64,000 nt of DNA, taken from positions 3,908,001-3,972,000 of the forward strand of contig MU058221.1 of assembly GCA_013265495.1 (NCBI GenBank), written 5' to 3'. Made by a program: the position numbers and the translations under genes. Origin of the DNA: Vicugna vicugna (lineage: Eukaryota). The stretch's first letter is position 1. Each line of letters opens with the position of its first letter. The notes beneath the pieces are model-generated. The model did no database searches and was not told the DNA's origin. It worked only from the letters and a program-made list of their open reading frames with translations. This document shows positions 24,105 through 38,262 of the stretch, one piece after another.

Positions 24105-27100
24105 TAAAAGAGCTCTTGTTCTACTTACCTTACAGACAAGTCAGGCATGTGAGACTAGGTCCTCGTAAATATATGTTCTAACAAAACTAATACAAGAAAA
24201 AGAAAAGAAATGGAGAAACAAAGCAAAACTCTCCGAACTCTTCTGAGTGCAATGTTTCACATTTGCTTCTTAATTTTAATTCAATACCTTTTCCAAAATA
24301 TACTGTCCATATCGTTACCAGGAGAATGATAAAGAGCACAATCTGCTACTTTATTTCATTAATTGGAAATATTTATTCCTGGAAGACCAAGGAGAACTCC
24401 TCTAGGGTCTTACTGACACATCATGACAGTCGTGTCAGAAGCACTGAAGCACGCTTCTTTTTACTGGGCACTTGGCCACTGAAAATCTTCTTCATGTCCA
24501 AAGTCAGTAGGTCAAATTAATTTTTAGAATTGCATTCATGTTAAATCCTTAGACTTGCAATTATGCTAATATTAAAGGAAAGTGGCTCATTCAAAGACAA
24601 ATTGTATAATTTTATCCTAAGGGGATTTTTAAATTAAATACATTTAATATATGTATATACATATACAATAGAGAAGGATACAGATTACCTCATGCTAGGA
24701 CTGCCTCCTGGAGAGATGCTTAAAAATGGAGCAAGAAATCTTAGATTCAGATTAAACCCAACATCACTCATATCAAATAAGAATTAATGTTTGCTTATCA
24801 ACACAGAGCATCATTAAACTTAATATTTTATTATTATTGTTGTTTTGAAATAATTTAATAAAACTCAAATGTATTTAATTATCATGAAGAAAAACTTAAA
24901 AACATCAGTCAGTGCATATACTTCTTGACTATCATTTTATTTTATTTATTTGTGTGCATGTATGTTTGTGGTGATAAGCAAATCATGTGGCTTGGTCATC
25001 TAGTGTTTTCTAATATAATTCAAGAAGTGACAGATTTAAAGAATATTAATCTTGTTTATCAAACAAAATAAGGCTAGTCATTGTAGACATACACTGAGAA
25101 ATTCGAAGACCTTTTAGGTTCTCACCTAAAATCTGGGTGCAGAATCTCTAAGTTAGCTGTCTATATTTACAATGCTTCTTGTTATATCTAGTCTTAAAAT
25201 TGCTACTTAATTTTTGTATGTCTCATATCAAATAGATTAAGAAAAAAAAGAGTGTCGTCTAACAGTCCAAAGAAAAGGTGACTATAAAAAAAGAATTCAT
25301 AGTGCCACTAAAAACTACTGCCAACTTTTCAAATACTTCCCTTCCAGTGAAATTGCTGAATTTTTAAATGCAACTATGTTTATGTATATATGCTGAATAT
25401 TTAAAGCAGTGCTTGTTTCTTAATAAGAGATGTATTTGTCCGATAATGAGCGCAAGCTATCCTTTATCCCATCACTCTTTTGTAAGTATACGTTTAAATG
25501 CCTGAAAAAAGTATTTATACATTGAATTGTAAGTGTAATAATCATAAAGATATTTATATTCCCTAGAGAAGATATTTGTTTATTGCCCTTGAATGATTTG
25601 ATACTTGGATTAAACTGCACTATTATTATAAGGGACTCTCAATAAGCTAAATTATTGTGTATGTACTTTTCCATGTTCGAAATAAAGATAAGCATAAAGA
25701 AACAGGGGTGCTAGGAATGTCTCTGAAGGGCCACCCTCCAGCACTGGGTTTATAGCATCCAATTCAAAGTACGTGAGCAAATCTATTCTTAGCTTGATAG
25801 TTCAGAATTCATTAAATAATTTCTGCAATACATTTTATTTCATCATTTCTCCAGTATTGTTTTATTATTATATACATATCTTGTGAATTCACTTCTTGGA
25901 GTATCTCTTGAAAGGCACATTTTTGCTCATTCAACTCACTTCTGTTGATTTCATACTTGAAAGATACCATTACTAGATAAAAAATTATTGACACAGAAAC
26001 TATTCCTCCATTGATTTGTTACAAACGCTCTTCTAGTTCCCAACACAGAGTGATAATCAAAAGTCTGACACCAGCTGAGGTTCTTTTTTTTTCTTCTTTT
26101 CTTTGTAGGCAACTTGATTTTCTTTTTTTTTTTTTTTAATGCCTAGATATCTTAAGGCATTTGTCTTTGTAATAATGGCTTTTAAAAGCATAGGAATGTA
26201 TGTTGAGATACAGTTCTCTCATTGTTTTTCCTTGGGTGTGAGTAATCCTTTTTAGTTGATATAGTCAGGAATTTTAGGAATAATAGTAAGATTATTGATG
26301 ATGATGATGGATAATGATGATGATTTTAGTATGGTTCATTTCTTTTTCACGATATCAAGCAGATGGCATTTTAAAATAGAAGCCAGTTTTTCGTCTCTTA
26401 CTGTATTCTCTGGCCATTGGATTTTCTTTCAATTATTTTGTCATGTTTAAAAACCCCTGTCAACATTCTTAGATAACTTATTCAGTGTGTTTCAATGGAA
26501 AAGGTATAATGTGTAACATCTGAAACAGTACATTTGAAATTCTGAAAACATCTCCCTAACAAGCACCTAACCAAAAGGTTCTAACTCATATGTTAGTTAA
26601 AAACCTGGATAATAAAACAAAAGAGAAACATCTCACATTCAAAAAATGTGAAGTTTGCATGTGGGCAAACTTGTTTAACTGAATTCATTAAAAGGGGCAT
26701 GATTGAGATCTTGGCTGTAGGCACTTAGCAATTTACTGTGCGTACAGCAAACTAGAAAATCAATATAAATATACATAGATATGTGCTGATGTTATATATT
26801 TTTACATATATACATTCATATACATATGTAAATTTACCAATCAACCAACTGCCTGTGTTTACAATGTCGGATAATAGAATTATAAAGTAAAGGAATGCTT
26901 AAATTTGGTAAGTCAAATGCTTTGGGGATAACAAAACTGAAATTTCTCGTACATAAACGTGATTACAGAGCATGTGCAATGGTCCCATTTATTTTTTGAA
27001 ATACTATTTACTCATAAGAAATCTAAAAGGAGTCCGTATCAGGCACCTCTGAGAATTTTGGGTGACACTTCTTTGACTATTAATGGTAAAGGCCAGTAGA

Positions 27101-27939
27101 CAGCAGTACCTTTAGACACATTTACCATCAACTCGACATTCCAGATGCAATTTGGAAGTGGACTGTATCATCTAATTTCTTAGATCTTCACTCTCCTTAC
27201 CTCCACCCCCTGCAACACTGGCTACAATAATGACTTAAACTTGCTAGGTCTTCAATAAATGATTTCTGGTTGATTGATGGTATATATAAGTCTAATTCAA
27301 AGATAATGATCTGGAAGTTCACTCTGCTATTCTAATATATATACATGTAAATAGATATTTAATTTTGTTTTTGCGTGCTTTTAAATATAACAAAATAAAG
27401 TATGGAATAAGTCATTCTCATTTAAACCCAGCCTTCCTCATCAACTTTTTTTATCGTGCAAATCTCTCTCCGTGGAGAGTCTCCGTCTTACAATAGAACG
27501 GAGACCTTCAGGTGTTCGGCAAGATGCATTGCCAAGTTTTAATAGAATTCTGCTGACGCTGGTCTTTGGAGTTACTGTTCTTCTGACTTTCCCAGCAATA
27601 AATCCTTCAGACTTGGCCATCTTTCAAGCCAAAGATGCCGGAATTATTCATGCTTGTGGTGTTGCTTTAAAACTGAATCTTCTCTGCAGATACCTTGCAG
27701 AGAAAGCAATAAGAAAACGGTTGAGAATAAAAATCTATACGTCATCAAGGCAGTATCATCACCTGTTTATTTCATTTGTCTGTTTCAAGAGAGGTACACG
27801 GTTGTCAGAGTTTCACCGAAGCTGTTACTCAAAATTAGCAAACTACATAACCTTGAACTACTACATATTGTGAGTTAGATAGACAACTAGTTAGGGCAAA
27901 TTATCAAACTCTGATCTTCCCTTTTTATATGGAATAAAC

Positions 27940-28115
27940 CAGTGGTTCTCAACCTAAGAGCAGTATTGTCCCCCAGGCATCATTTTGAAGTGTGTGGAGA
28001 CGGCCACTGGCCCCCGGAGGGGGGGGGCAAGGATGCAGATAAACATCCTACAATACACAGAACTGCGCCTCAGACAAAGACTTACACAACCACGCTGTCC
28101 TTGGTGCTGAATTAA
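27940..28115 (+). mobile_element. MER20 DNA transposon, internally deleted
   Basis: cagtggttctcaacc...ttgtcccccagg...aggatgcagataaacatcctacaatacacag. Confidence 0.75.
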
Positions 28116-28779
28116 ACAGAGACAATGGACTAAGCAAGTTCTCGCTGTTTCTAACGGCGCAGTTGTCTCAGTGGCTTAGGCTTCTACTGACAATCTGAGA
28201 TCGTGCCATTCCCAGCACTTGAACATCTCCATTATTTGCTTCAAATCACTGTAAGCCGCTCAGCACAGAATTCAAGAACGCACATTCTCTACGCTAGACG
28301 AAGCAGGAGCCTCCGGGCTGAGGTGGATGGGTACATGCAGACGGCATTTCACATCCTTGGAAATTTGAAATTTCTAGGCAGAGAACTCCTGTTTAGACCT
28401 ATAAATGAAATTAAATTTGTCCTAGCTTCCTATTTGTTGGACTCATCTGTTATATATTGCAATTGGTGTTGAGGAGATTAATTCCCTGCTCTGTTCTAAG
28501 GGAGCTGAAGTGGAAAAATGCTTTCTCCCCCCACCCCCTAAGCACAGAAGAGGCGCATGGCTGGTACAGTCAGGACATGGGCTCTGAAACTCCAGGAGGC
28601 TAGAAACAAACAGGAAGTCGATGTCTGTTTACTTCAACCACCGAGGCTCTGATGATGCCCTAGACAGGATGGAGGGGAGGGAGGAAGTTGGGGAAAAAGC
28701 AAGCGTATTTTCATATTTTTGTAAATCAATGGTAGACACATGATAGTGTCACAATTTTGGAAGCTAATGTAATGAACCT

Positions 28780-29100
28780 ACTTAAAATTAGAAATGTATA
28801 TAACATGCATTCCAGTGACTCCACTGCGAGGGCTTCATGCCAGAGAAATAAAAGAATCAACCCAGAAGGAAATATGTACAAAGCTGTTATAGCAATTTGG
28901 TAGAGTCCAAAAACGTGAATGCCCATCTAAGTGAAGTGGATTAATAAATTAAGGTACGTGGGAAATTATTAGTCACTGGGAACATAAAGCAATAGAGCTA
29001 CATCAGAAGATCTGGAAGGAAGGAATTGCTAAAAGGTGTCATGAGTGAGAAAAATGCAATAAAGATTGTATAGTACAATCTCCTTTATGCACATTAAACA
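28780..29100 (+). mobile_element. ancient L1 (L1ME-like) 3' fragment
   Basis: ccagtgactccactgc...ccagagaaat...tgcccatc...gtggattaataaattaaggtac. Confidence 0.5.
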
Positions 29101-31354
29101 ATGAAAAATAACGTCACTGTGTGCATGTGTCTGTGCACACGTTGACACACCAGTGTGTCCATGTGCGTGTTAGGTCTGTACAGGATTACACAAATGGTTG
29201 TGTTTCACATACCAGATGCTTACGGTGCTTTCTGTTTCTTGTCCTTCTGGGGCTACCTCGTATCTCGCCTATTTCCCAACTCCAGTCCTCTAAACAACTA
29301 CCCATTCTATGAGAACGTGATCGGTTGTGTGCAGTTTGCTTATTTATTATTTTGCTTAAAAAAACAAGAATAGTTTTTAATGCTTGCAACCATCAACTCT
29401 GGCAAACACATTTAGACACTAGTTTTTGACTTGTGATGTCAGCCGCCAGTTGCCCCTGGTGAGCTTCCTTGGTCCTCAGCCTTGGATCCCCTCCCCTTGC
29501 CAGGTCCATCTGGGGTCTGCCCCTACGCTGCATGAGCTGTCTGTTGCTCATTAGGAGGTCTGTCTTGTCATGGAAGAGCCATCTCTCCTTCCTGGGAGGT
29601 AGAGGAAAATGCTTTGCTGGAGGAAAAATTGATATTTAAGCTAATATTAAAATTGGAATATACCTTAACCTTTAAATACTACCTCGCATCGTGGTGTGTC
29701 ACCCTATTGCCACAATGAGAAACGCTTGAAAGAAAAAGAGTGCTTTTGGTCCAGAAGTGTTTCATCTTTACAATTTGATCGGGCTAAAGAAATGTTCAAC
29801 GTTTGGGAGGAAGGCATTTTAGAGTTACAATTCTTCAAAGTGCTCCTACTCTGTGTCTGTAGGGAAAACAGATTTTTAAAATTTCGGGTATCTTAGGAGG
29901 AACTTTTTACTTTGCTGACTACTGTCATTGACTCTTTTTCTGACTTTTAATTTACCTTTAGTTTCTTGAATTGCACCACTAATGGGTACTAAGGATTATT
30001 TCCTTAGACTCTTATTCAACAATAGGAATCATTTTTAACTTAACCATAACAGTGCACTCACTTGTCAGGGAGATCTTGGGTTGAACCATTTTCCGGTCTG
30101 GGCAGCTACATTTTAACCTGCCATCGAGTCGCAGAAAGGGCCTTTGTAACACTATACATTTAAGAAATTAAAATGCAAACTGAAATACTCTTGACACACG
30201 TGATATAAAGATAAAACTAAGAATCACAGTATCCATTCATTTTTAATTCTCTTTTCATGTATAGTTGGCACACCTGTATGCCCATTCATTATCTCAGTTT
30301 ATCTTGTCAAAAATAAATCATTTTTTCTTGGTTTAAAAATTGTTTAAATAGATTTATTATTGGGAAGAGCTACAACCAGTTTTCGTTCCCCTTCATTTAA
30401 CAGTTACCAAGAATTCACTGCTGTAAAATTTCATGAAAGCTGCCAGACAGCACTGTTGTAATTCATAATTTAAGATAAGCGGGGTTTGTTTTTTTTTTGC
30501 TGTTTCCTAGCGCAGTTGTTGGTGTGTGTTTTTCTTTTAGCCAGAAATGATGATTTCCTAAAAAAATAATATTAGCAAATATTAAACGACATGACCTATC
30601 AGGAGGATAAATGATACAGTCAAGCTTGATTGAGCTTAACATTGCTTCGCAATGTGTTTTCAATTAAGAGGAATCCAACAACAAACAACAGAATTCTCCA
30701 AATTGATTAAACATATGGGTTTATTCCTCTAGTTTTTCAAAATGTAAAGCAGGAGTGAAGTCAACTGAGGAAGTTTCAGATTCCTGATTGCAAGTCATGT
30801 CAGAAGCGAGAGGGTGTCCTTGGACCAGACAGTTTAATTTAAAGTGAAGATTCTTAGTTTATCCCTGTAACATGAGTCTATCTTTCTAATGATTGAATGT
30901 TTTAAATGGACAGAAGTAATTTCGTGGGTGGCTAATTCCACAGATGGAAAATCATGCCTGCCACCTGTTCGAGGTAGGCTGCAACTGGTACCTTTGTCCA
31001 GACACCTCGGTTGAAGTCCTTGTTTTTCTGTTTACTTGCTTCATGACCTTGGAAAAATGCATACTGTTTAGGATCAGCTTTTTGGTTACAATTTGAAGAT
31101 AATGTGTTAATAAAATACTCTCTACCTACAATGACTCCTGATTTGAAGTTCAACATATGAAACAAACTGTGATACAAAAACTTCTGTTAAGAATTTGCAG
31201 GTGTGAATTGCAGATGTGTACCAGGAAGACATCACACTAAAATCCTGTTAGCACTCCCTCTTTGAGAGTTATACAAACTGAAGTAGCTTGTTCACCTTCT
31301 AAAGGCATTATGCACATAGGAGTAGAAAAATGCAAGTAGGCAAGTTTTGTCAAG

Positions 31355-31840
31355 TGCCAGCGTCTCGAAAATACAACCATAGCAACACGTTTCTAAGTCA
31401 GCGCTTGGTTCGTTGCATGCTGCAGTAAGGAACAGGGCTACCTTGACAGAGCTTTAGTATCAGTGGTGAGGTTTTCTGGTCTGGTTTAAAGTGGATGCCT
31501 CAGTGCAGGAATTTGGTTAGGATTGTATAAGGAATATGATGTAATATTTCAGAATTGGTGGACTTACATTTCAAAAGCTTTGGAGAGTAAACAGTTGTTT
31601 GCTGTTACCTACTGAAAAGTTGAACAATCCTGTGTATATTTAAGTGGGTTATTCAGGAAGTCCCTGAAACAAAACAATAATGTTGTTTAAACCTTTATCT
31701 GCTTGGACAAGAATTTTCTGGAATATTCAAAAGTCATATTGATGAAGACAGTGGAATTTTATTCATGAAGAGAGCCAAAGAGTAAAGCGGTGTTAAATGT
31801 TGACACTAATCTGAGAGAGCATAGATGGTTTCAGTCCTCA
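31355..31840 (-). mobile_element. ancient ERV1-type solo LTR
   Basis: gaaaatacaacc...accttgacagagctttagt...aaacctttatct...; ends ggtttcagtcctca; left boundary approximate. Confidence 0.5.
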
Positions 31841-33539
31841 TTAAACAAAGTGTTCAAATAAAAAATTTTGTTTATACATGCTTTGTATCTTCCTAATAAA
31901 AGAAATCTTATACACATTCAGATCTTTCCTAAACCTAATATAAATCCTCTATATAAATTCCTGAAAATGATTTGAGGTCAACACAATTTATAGAATTATC
32001 CTCTGGGAAAATGCTAGGTGAGTAGAAAGAGAGAGAGGATTGGTACCATTGACATTGATTTTGTATCATGTAGAGCTGAGTAAAACTGCTAGATTCCTAT
32101 CCTGCCTTATCATCTGAGTCTTGGAGGGTGACAGGAGCAAGTTTCAAGGAAGTAGCTTTTTATTTACTTGTATTTTTTTATTTTTATTTTGCAAATATAT
32201 TATGTATGAACAAATTATATTTCCTTTAAATTGTTTATATATGAATAATATGATGATATTTTTCTATTGTTGATACAAATAATAAAAATAAATTTTAAAG
32301 GGGACAAAGAGTTCCAATAAAAGAGTCAAGCTGTAAAGTCCTTTAAAAATAATAATTGTCTATTTGTTTTTGCTAAATATAAATGTCATGACATAAAGAT
32401 ATGACCCATATAGTACAAATTAATATCATTATTTATCAAATGCAAATGATCTTGCAGGGACTTTAATTAAGTTTCAAAATCAATCTATTAAATCACATGC
32501 AAAAGATTAATTCTGATATCTATAGTTCAGAGAAGGACAGAGGGGAGAAATTGGATAACCAGTGATTATTTTTGTTCTTATAAATATCAGTGAGTCTTAT
32601 TACTAAATTTTCCTTATACACTAAATCTCATATACACTAAAAAGCTGCAGAGTTATAATTTTGAAAATACTGAAGATTTTGAAGGAGAAGACAAAATATT
32701 TATTCTGATTGTTACTAGTTTAATTTTGATATTTATTGCATACTTTGCATAATATTTACATCAAATCTATAAATTCCAGTTAACAGCTACTAAGATTGAA
32801 AGTATAATTTCTTCTATCAAACAAAATGAGGTCTAATGAATTTGTTCAAATGACCAGTAGCTGAAAAAAACCTGATCTGAAATTAAAAATAATAACAACA
32901 ATTCTAATAGTAATGTATACATGAATATATAAACAGTAATTTCAACTCCATCAAACTTATGATTCTCTGATATTTTTATTTAGCTTCAAATTATTTTGGA
33001 GTTGTATATTTAATTTTCACCTGTGGAGATGTTGGGTTGCCAGGTTTAAATCAGCCAAAGCAATCCTTGATTATGACACTGATTATTGTAACTTACTCAC
33101 TCTAACTGGAGTATAATAAACAATTCAATTAATTAAAAGAAAACTGCTTTTTAAAAAATAAATATTTAAGGACACTTTCTACCCACTAGAACATTTTTTA
33201 ATTTTCTGCTAATGAATGTGTAGAATTAGTTACAATTAAATGCACACACACCGTAAATTTTCGCCCAAGTATAACACTGCTCTGTAGTTAAAGCATACAC
33301 TGCATATGGTGATGAATACGCCATAATTTTTAATTGTTCTTTTAACGTTGTAAATGTGAGCCCAAGCCATGCCAAGAAATCTGGGCAGTGATTTAGGATT
33401 TGGAGAGAAGACCGCCTACTGATGATGTTATAAACCTACGGTACGCGTCATCTCATAACTGAAGTAAAGTGACTTGAAGCCTCTCCCATTTCCAACATTA
33501 AAGGCTGGGAAAAAGCACTAATTTTTTTTACTTCTGATA

Positions 33540-33720
33540 GAGTTGAACCCTGAGTCTTTCACCCATTATTTGTTAAGGATTTCAGCAAGTTGAATGTCCT
33601 CTGTCAGCATCAATGTGCTTATTTGCAAAAAAAGGATAAAAATTCTGCACTCCAGGAGTTGTAAAGAAAAGAAATTCAAAGTTCATAATGATATTAAGAA
33701 AAGTAGTTGATATTAAATTG
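33540..33720 (+). mobile_element. degraded MIR
   Basis: gagttgaaccctgagtct...gcaagttgaatgtcctctgtcagcatcaatgtgcttatttgcaaaa. Confidence 0.45.
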
Positions 33721-35689
33721 TTAATCTCTCAAACTGGATTTTCCCTATTGATTTCTTTTTTCTTTTTAAACTATCATTTTATGTTTGCTTAATGCACAAT
33801 ATGGTTTACCCTGGACTCCATGTCTCCTTGGAAGTCCATGTTGTGTAAACACTTTGGTTTAATACTTTTGCATCAGGAAGCATAAACCAGTTGTAATATC
33901 TTACTGTCTTACCATATATCAGTGATAAGCAATGGTAAAAAAATCGACAACAACAATAATAATAGCAAATAATAGTGGTAATTGACAATACTTGTTCTAG
34001 GTTATTAACACATGGCATTTGCTTAGTCTTCGCCAAGAGATTGGTGTTTATCCATATTTGACAAAAGAGGGAACTAAAAGGGGTATAAAAAAAAAAGTTA
34101 CCCCAGACCACCCTGCTGATAGACAGCTAGGCTAATATTGTGCAGTCAGTCCTACTGACCTACCATTTAAATAGCTCCATCCATGCCCATCCGTCCCAAT
34201 TGCTTCATTTCTGAGCAGGTCTGTAGGGCTGGGCTGCCAGATGACCTTGCGGACTGAAAGATCAGATTCAGTTAGCTTTTTAGCTTTTCCTAAGTAGCTT
34301 TACGGTTTGTACCTGCTTCAAAAAATTCATAAAATTCTGTCTTTGGAGTGCAATCTTAATATCCACTCACCTAGGGCAAGAAATAGCTCAACGAAATAAG
34401 AATACCAAGTAAATAAGAAAGACGTGTGTTTTTTTCATGCCATAACAGTCAAAGGCACTGCTGGGAAATGTGTCCCAAGGAACGTGATGAATTCATTGTT
34501 TTTGCAGCAGTGAAATCACAGGGATAATATTGGATGGGGTACACAAGGGTTGCAGGAGATCATTTTTCCCTCTCCTCTCTCCTAATTGATGGTATCTGTT
34601 CTTCTCTCTTGGTTTATCACTCAGTTCTCTGGTCACTGCGTTGGTGAAACCTCACAAAGGTTACAAATGACACTTCTAGGTTTGACACAGGAGCTTGCCA
34701 GTATTGATAAGGTCACGATTCTAATTCCAACAACACTGATGGTCTTTTCCAGTCAACTTCTCCTACATAACAAGTAAAAGTATCCTCCCTCAGTGAAAGG
34801 GTATGTTTGCCAAGGTCTGATTTTAGATCGGCCACTTGCTGGATCAGCAGCCCTGGTAGGGCCAGGCCCAGTGCTTATCACAGGGGTGAGGCAAGGGAGG
34901 GCAAGAACTGTCACTTATTCCAAGTCACCTTCATGTAAGACCTCTGGGGTATTTCCCAAAGTTATCCTGGAGCCACAGAAAGACACAAAGTTCTGAAAAG
35001 TCCTCATGCTGTATCTTTAAAACTGTCCCATTAAAGGTGACATTACCTATCCTGCACCATGTTTTATTTCATATGAAACTCCTGTAGCGGTTTTATGGAT
35101 CAGTCATACTTCATTTTAGTTTTTGTGTTCAAAATTTAATTTATTAACTTATTCAACATAAATAGATATTGCAGATTTCTAACACTAGGGATTTTCCTTT
35201 TATTTATCCTATTTTTTTCAGGGGGAATAAAGAAAGAAGGGAAGGAGGCAGAGAAGAAGGGTAAATAGTAGGATTTTCCAGACTCCACAGAGTCCTGTCT
35301 GGAAATGTCCTGACATCTCTGTTCCTTTGCAACCACTAAGTAAGCAAATAAAAATTTAAAAAGAAAAGTAAAGGAACAAGGGAAGGAAGGAGGGAAAGAA
35401 GGAAGAGAGAAATAAGGATGTTCATAATATACTTCTGTATCTTTAGGTGAAATAAAGTGCATTTGAGGCAAGTGTATATAGACACAAAATAAATCATTAT
35501 TCAAATTAGCCTGCATTCCGTATCATCTTCAAGGCCAAAGGAAGTCTTTGCAAGGTTCTCTGTAATGCAATGAATTTTTAAAAATCCCGACTGTCCTGCT
35601 ATGCAGCTTTTAAATAATGCAACATAGTTAAACTTTGTTTTACTTCAAAAATATTAAGCATTTGGCAGAACCAGCCCCCCTCCTAAAGT

Positions 35690-36460
35690 ATTGATACAAA
35701 TGGTCATTTAAAGCAAATGAAACAAAAAATGCAGTGGAAAGGAAAAATGAATTGAAAACATAATATAAGAAAGATCTGTATTTTGGAAGGACTAGTGAAT
35801 ATAATTTACCCGTGGCTGTAACAAAAGACATTTAAGATTCCTGTGTATAGAAAGTATAGAACTTTAGTAAGTAAAGCAAACAACTTAGATAATTTAAGAG
35901 ATATACAATTTTTATTAATGAGAAGACTATTTTTAAAGTTGTTATTTAATTTCAGATTGACCCAGAAAGTCAATATAATTCCAATTAATAGTCCCAGTAG
36001 ATTTTTCATGGAACATGATCGGATGACTCAAAATATATATATGCCTAAAAGAAAAGTGCAAATTATTGAGAGAAATCGGAATAAGAAAAGTAAAGGTTTA
36101 TCTACCAGATATGTTATGAAGTTAGGGCTATTGTCCTACTAAGTGTGTTGTTGATTCATCTCTCAATGAATTAATAAGTGCCCCAAACCAGACCAACACA
36201 TGGAAAGAATTTTGGCATATAAACGAAGGGAGGATGTAAAAATCAGTGGTGAAATAAGACCCTTTGCGATAAAATGGAGTTGCGAAAACTTCCTTCTTTA
36301 TATTCAAACAATGTGAAATTAGATCGCTTCCTCAGGGGGAAAAAAAAGAATAATGACTTCTTTGTCGAGTGTTAAACTTGAATACTCTCATTAGCAAATC
36401 TAGATTCATATATTTTTACGACCTGGGATATGGAACGCTTTCTTAAATGTGACACAGATG
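35690..36460 (+). mobile_element. highly degraded ancient L1 ORF2 fragment
   Basis: attccaattaatagtcccagtagatttttcatggaacatga, tatctaccagatat, aaattagatcgcttcctc. Confidence 0.5.
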
Positions 36461-37860
36461 TGCTGAAGAAAGTGAAGGTGGTTGGAATATTTTGCAATCA
36501 CTGCTTGATTTTGGCAGACATGGGATCTTTTCAATCCCATTACTCTTACTGTGAGAGACCCTAAGACAAAATCTGGAAGAATACATTAGGAAAAAAAAAT
36601 AATGCGTTATTCAGAAAGCAAAAGATAGGAGAGGTAATGATGGTTCAATTCTAGGAAACAGTACAAGAAATAGTACAGAGGGAAATGGAGCTAACTTAAG
36701 AGGAAGATTAAAGTGATGGAATATCAAGTAATTTTCCTAAAAGGGGTAGTGCAGCATCATAGGAAAAGAGAATGTCAGTGGAATGTTGCACAAATTCAGT
36801 CACAAATTTTAAAGTGTAACAAAGGTTTATAAATTCAAAATCACTTGCTGTTTCAGAAAGAGCAGTGTTTTCATGAGAACAGTGCATCAATTTGGGATCT
36901 TCATAGACCACTGAGAACAAACACTTCTAAAGCATCAGAAGGACTTCAATTCACATATCTGTTGAAGGCAACTCTCTGACTCAAACATGTATGTGGGGAT
37001 GAACAGCCTTCTTCTCCAGGAAGCAACTTTTACAGGCATAGGGAGACCTACTGAAAGGGTAGTCACAACACCCCCTGAAGCACAGAAACATGCCTGCTCA
37101 AAGCAAAGTGGGGGAGACGTGTTGTTTGGTAAACTCACATTCGGTGCAGCATCAAAGCACCAAAAGCGTTTCTCACAAAAGAAACAGACGTTTTGAACAC
37201 ACTAATTTAGAAAGAGTAACACCATGATGAGACTTTGGTGAATGAAGTTGTTAACCCTGAAGGTTTCTAAATGTAATAGAAATACTGAAAGTCACTCTCT
37301 GAGACAGGAGACAATGTACTTAGGCGGTTCCCTCCTGCCTCCCTAGTTATGGTCCATTGTAATGTCATAATTAGCTTTAATTTAAGATGACAGATACACA
37401 TCCTAATTTAAGCTCATAAATCATTTCAGCATAAACTCACTCGCTGTAGAGACAATTTGGGGGGGGGGTCGGGTTACACCCAAGTAGCCTAGTAATTTTC
37501 CAAACATTTTTATAGTTAGATAAGCCATGTGACTGTCTAATTAAACGTGGGCAAAATTGTATACACTCCTTGTAGGCCTGGTCCATCAAACCTGCCTTCA
37601 TGAGCTACAGTTCTCTCTTTTCTCCCTCTGGCCAGTTGGAAATCAATATTCTTGATGACTCTTAAGAGGAGCCTTGCCATTTGTTACAGCAAAGTGTGTT
37701 ACAGCTCAGTGTTACAGCTCAGTGTCACAGCAACTGGGATCCTGATGAGAGACCAAGCAGCACTCGGAGAGTTGGAGAACTCAGGTTTATTATGCCAGCA
37801 GGCCCAGAGGAGTTAATACTCCAAGCTCTGGACCCCGTCTGTAGGTTTACACAGGCTTTT

Positions 37861-38080
37861 TTTTTTTTTTTTAACATTTTTTATTGATTTATAATCATTT
37901 TACAATGTTGTGTCAAATTCCAGTGTTCAGCACAATTTTTCAGTCATTCATGGACATATACACACTCATTGTCACATTTTTTTCTCTGTGGTTTACCATA
38001 ACATTTTGTGTATATTTCCCTGTGCTATACAGTGTAATCTTGTTTATCTATTCTACAATTTTGAAATCCCAGTCTATCCC
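37861..38080 (-). mobile_element. young camelid-type L1 3' end (220 bp) with 14-bp TSD
   Basis: TSD ttacacaggctttt at 37847-37860 and 38081-38094; canonical TTTT/A nick; about 4-5 differences from 6516-6722 by hand alignment. Confidence 0.95.
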
Positions 38081-38090
38081 TTACACAGGC

Positions 38091-38262
38091 TTTTATAGGC
38101 ACCCAGTCTAGACTTTGCAACATTTTGCAACATCATTTGCAAATAAGGTATAACAAATGGACCAATCAGGAGTGACAGAAATGGATCAATCAGGGGCGAG
38201 TTTTATGCAAATGAGATGTTAGAAATGGACCAATCAGGAGTGATCTTTGGGAACCAATAGAA
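38091..38262 (-). promoter_or_regulatory. LTR U3 promoter: TATA, CCAAT (NF-Y-type) repeats and octamer
   Basis: aaatggaccaatcaggagtga twice (~38155 and ~38223), a tcaatcagg variant, accaatag, ATGCAAAT at 38205-38212, TATAAAA on minus. Confidence 0.6.

Noticed and set aside
37682..37730. CRISPR-like or independent tandem array (tgttacagctcag repeats)
   Set aside because: Three or four short adjacent units without spacers; a typical U5 repeat of ERV1-type LTRs in mammalian DNA.
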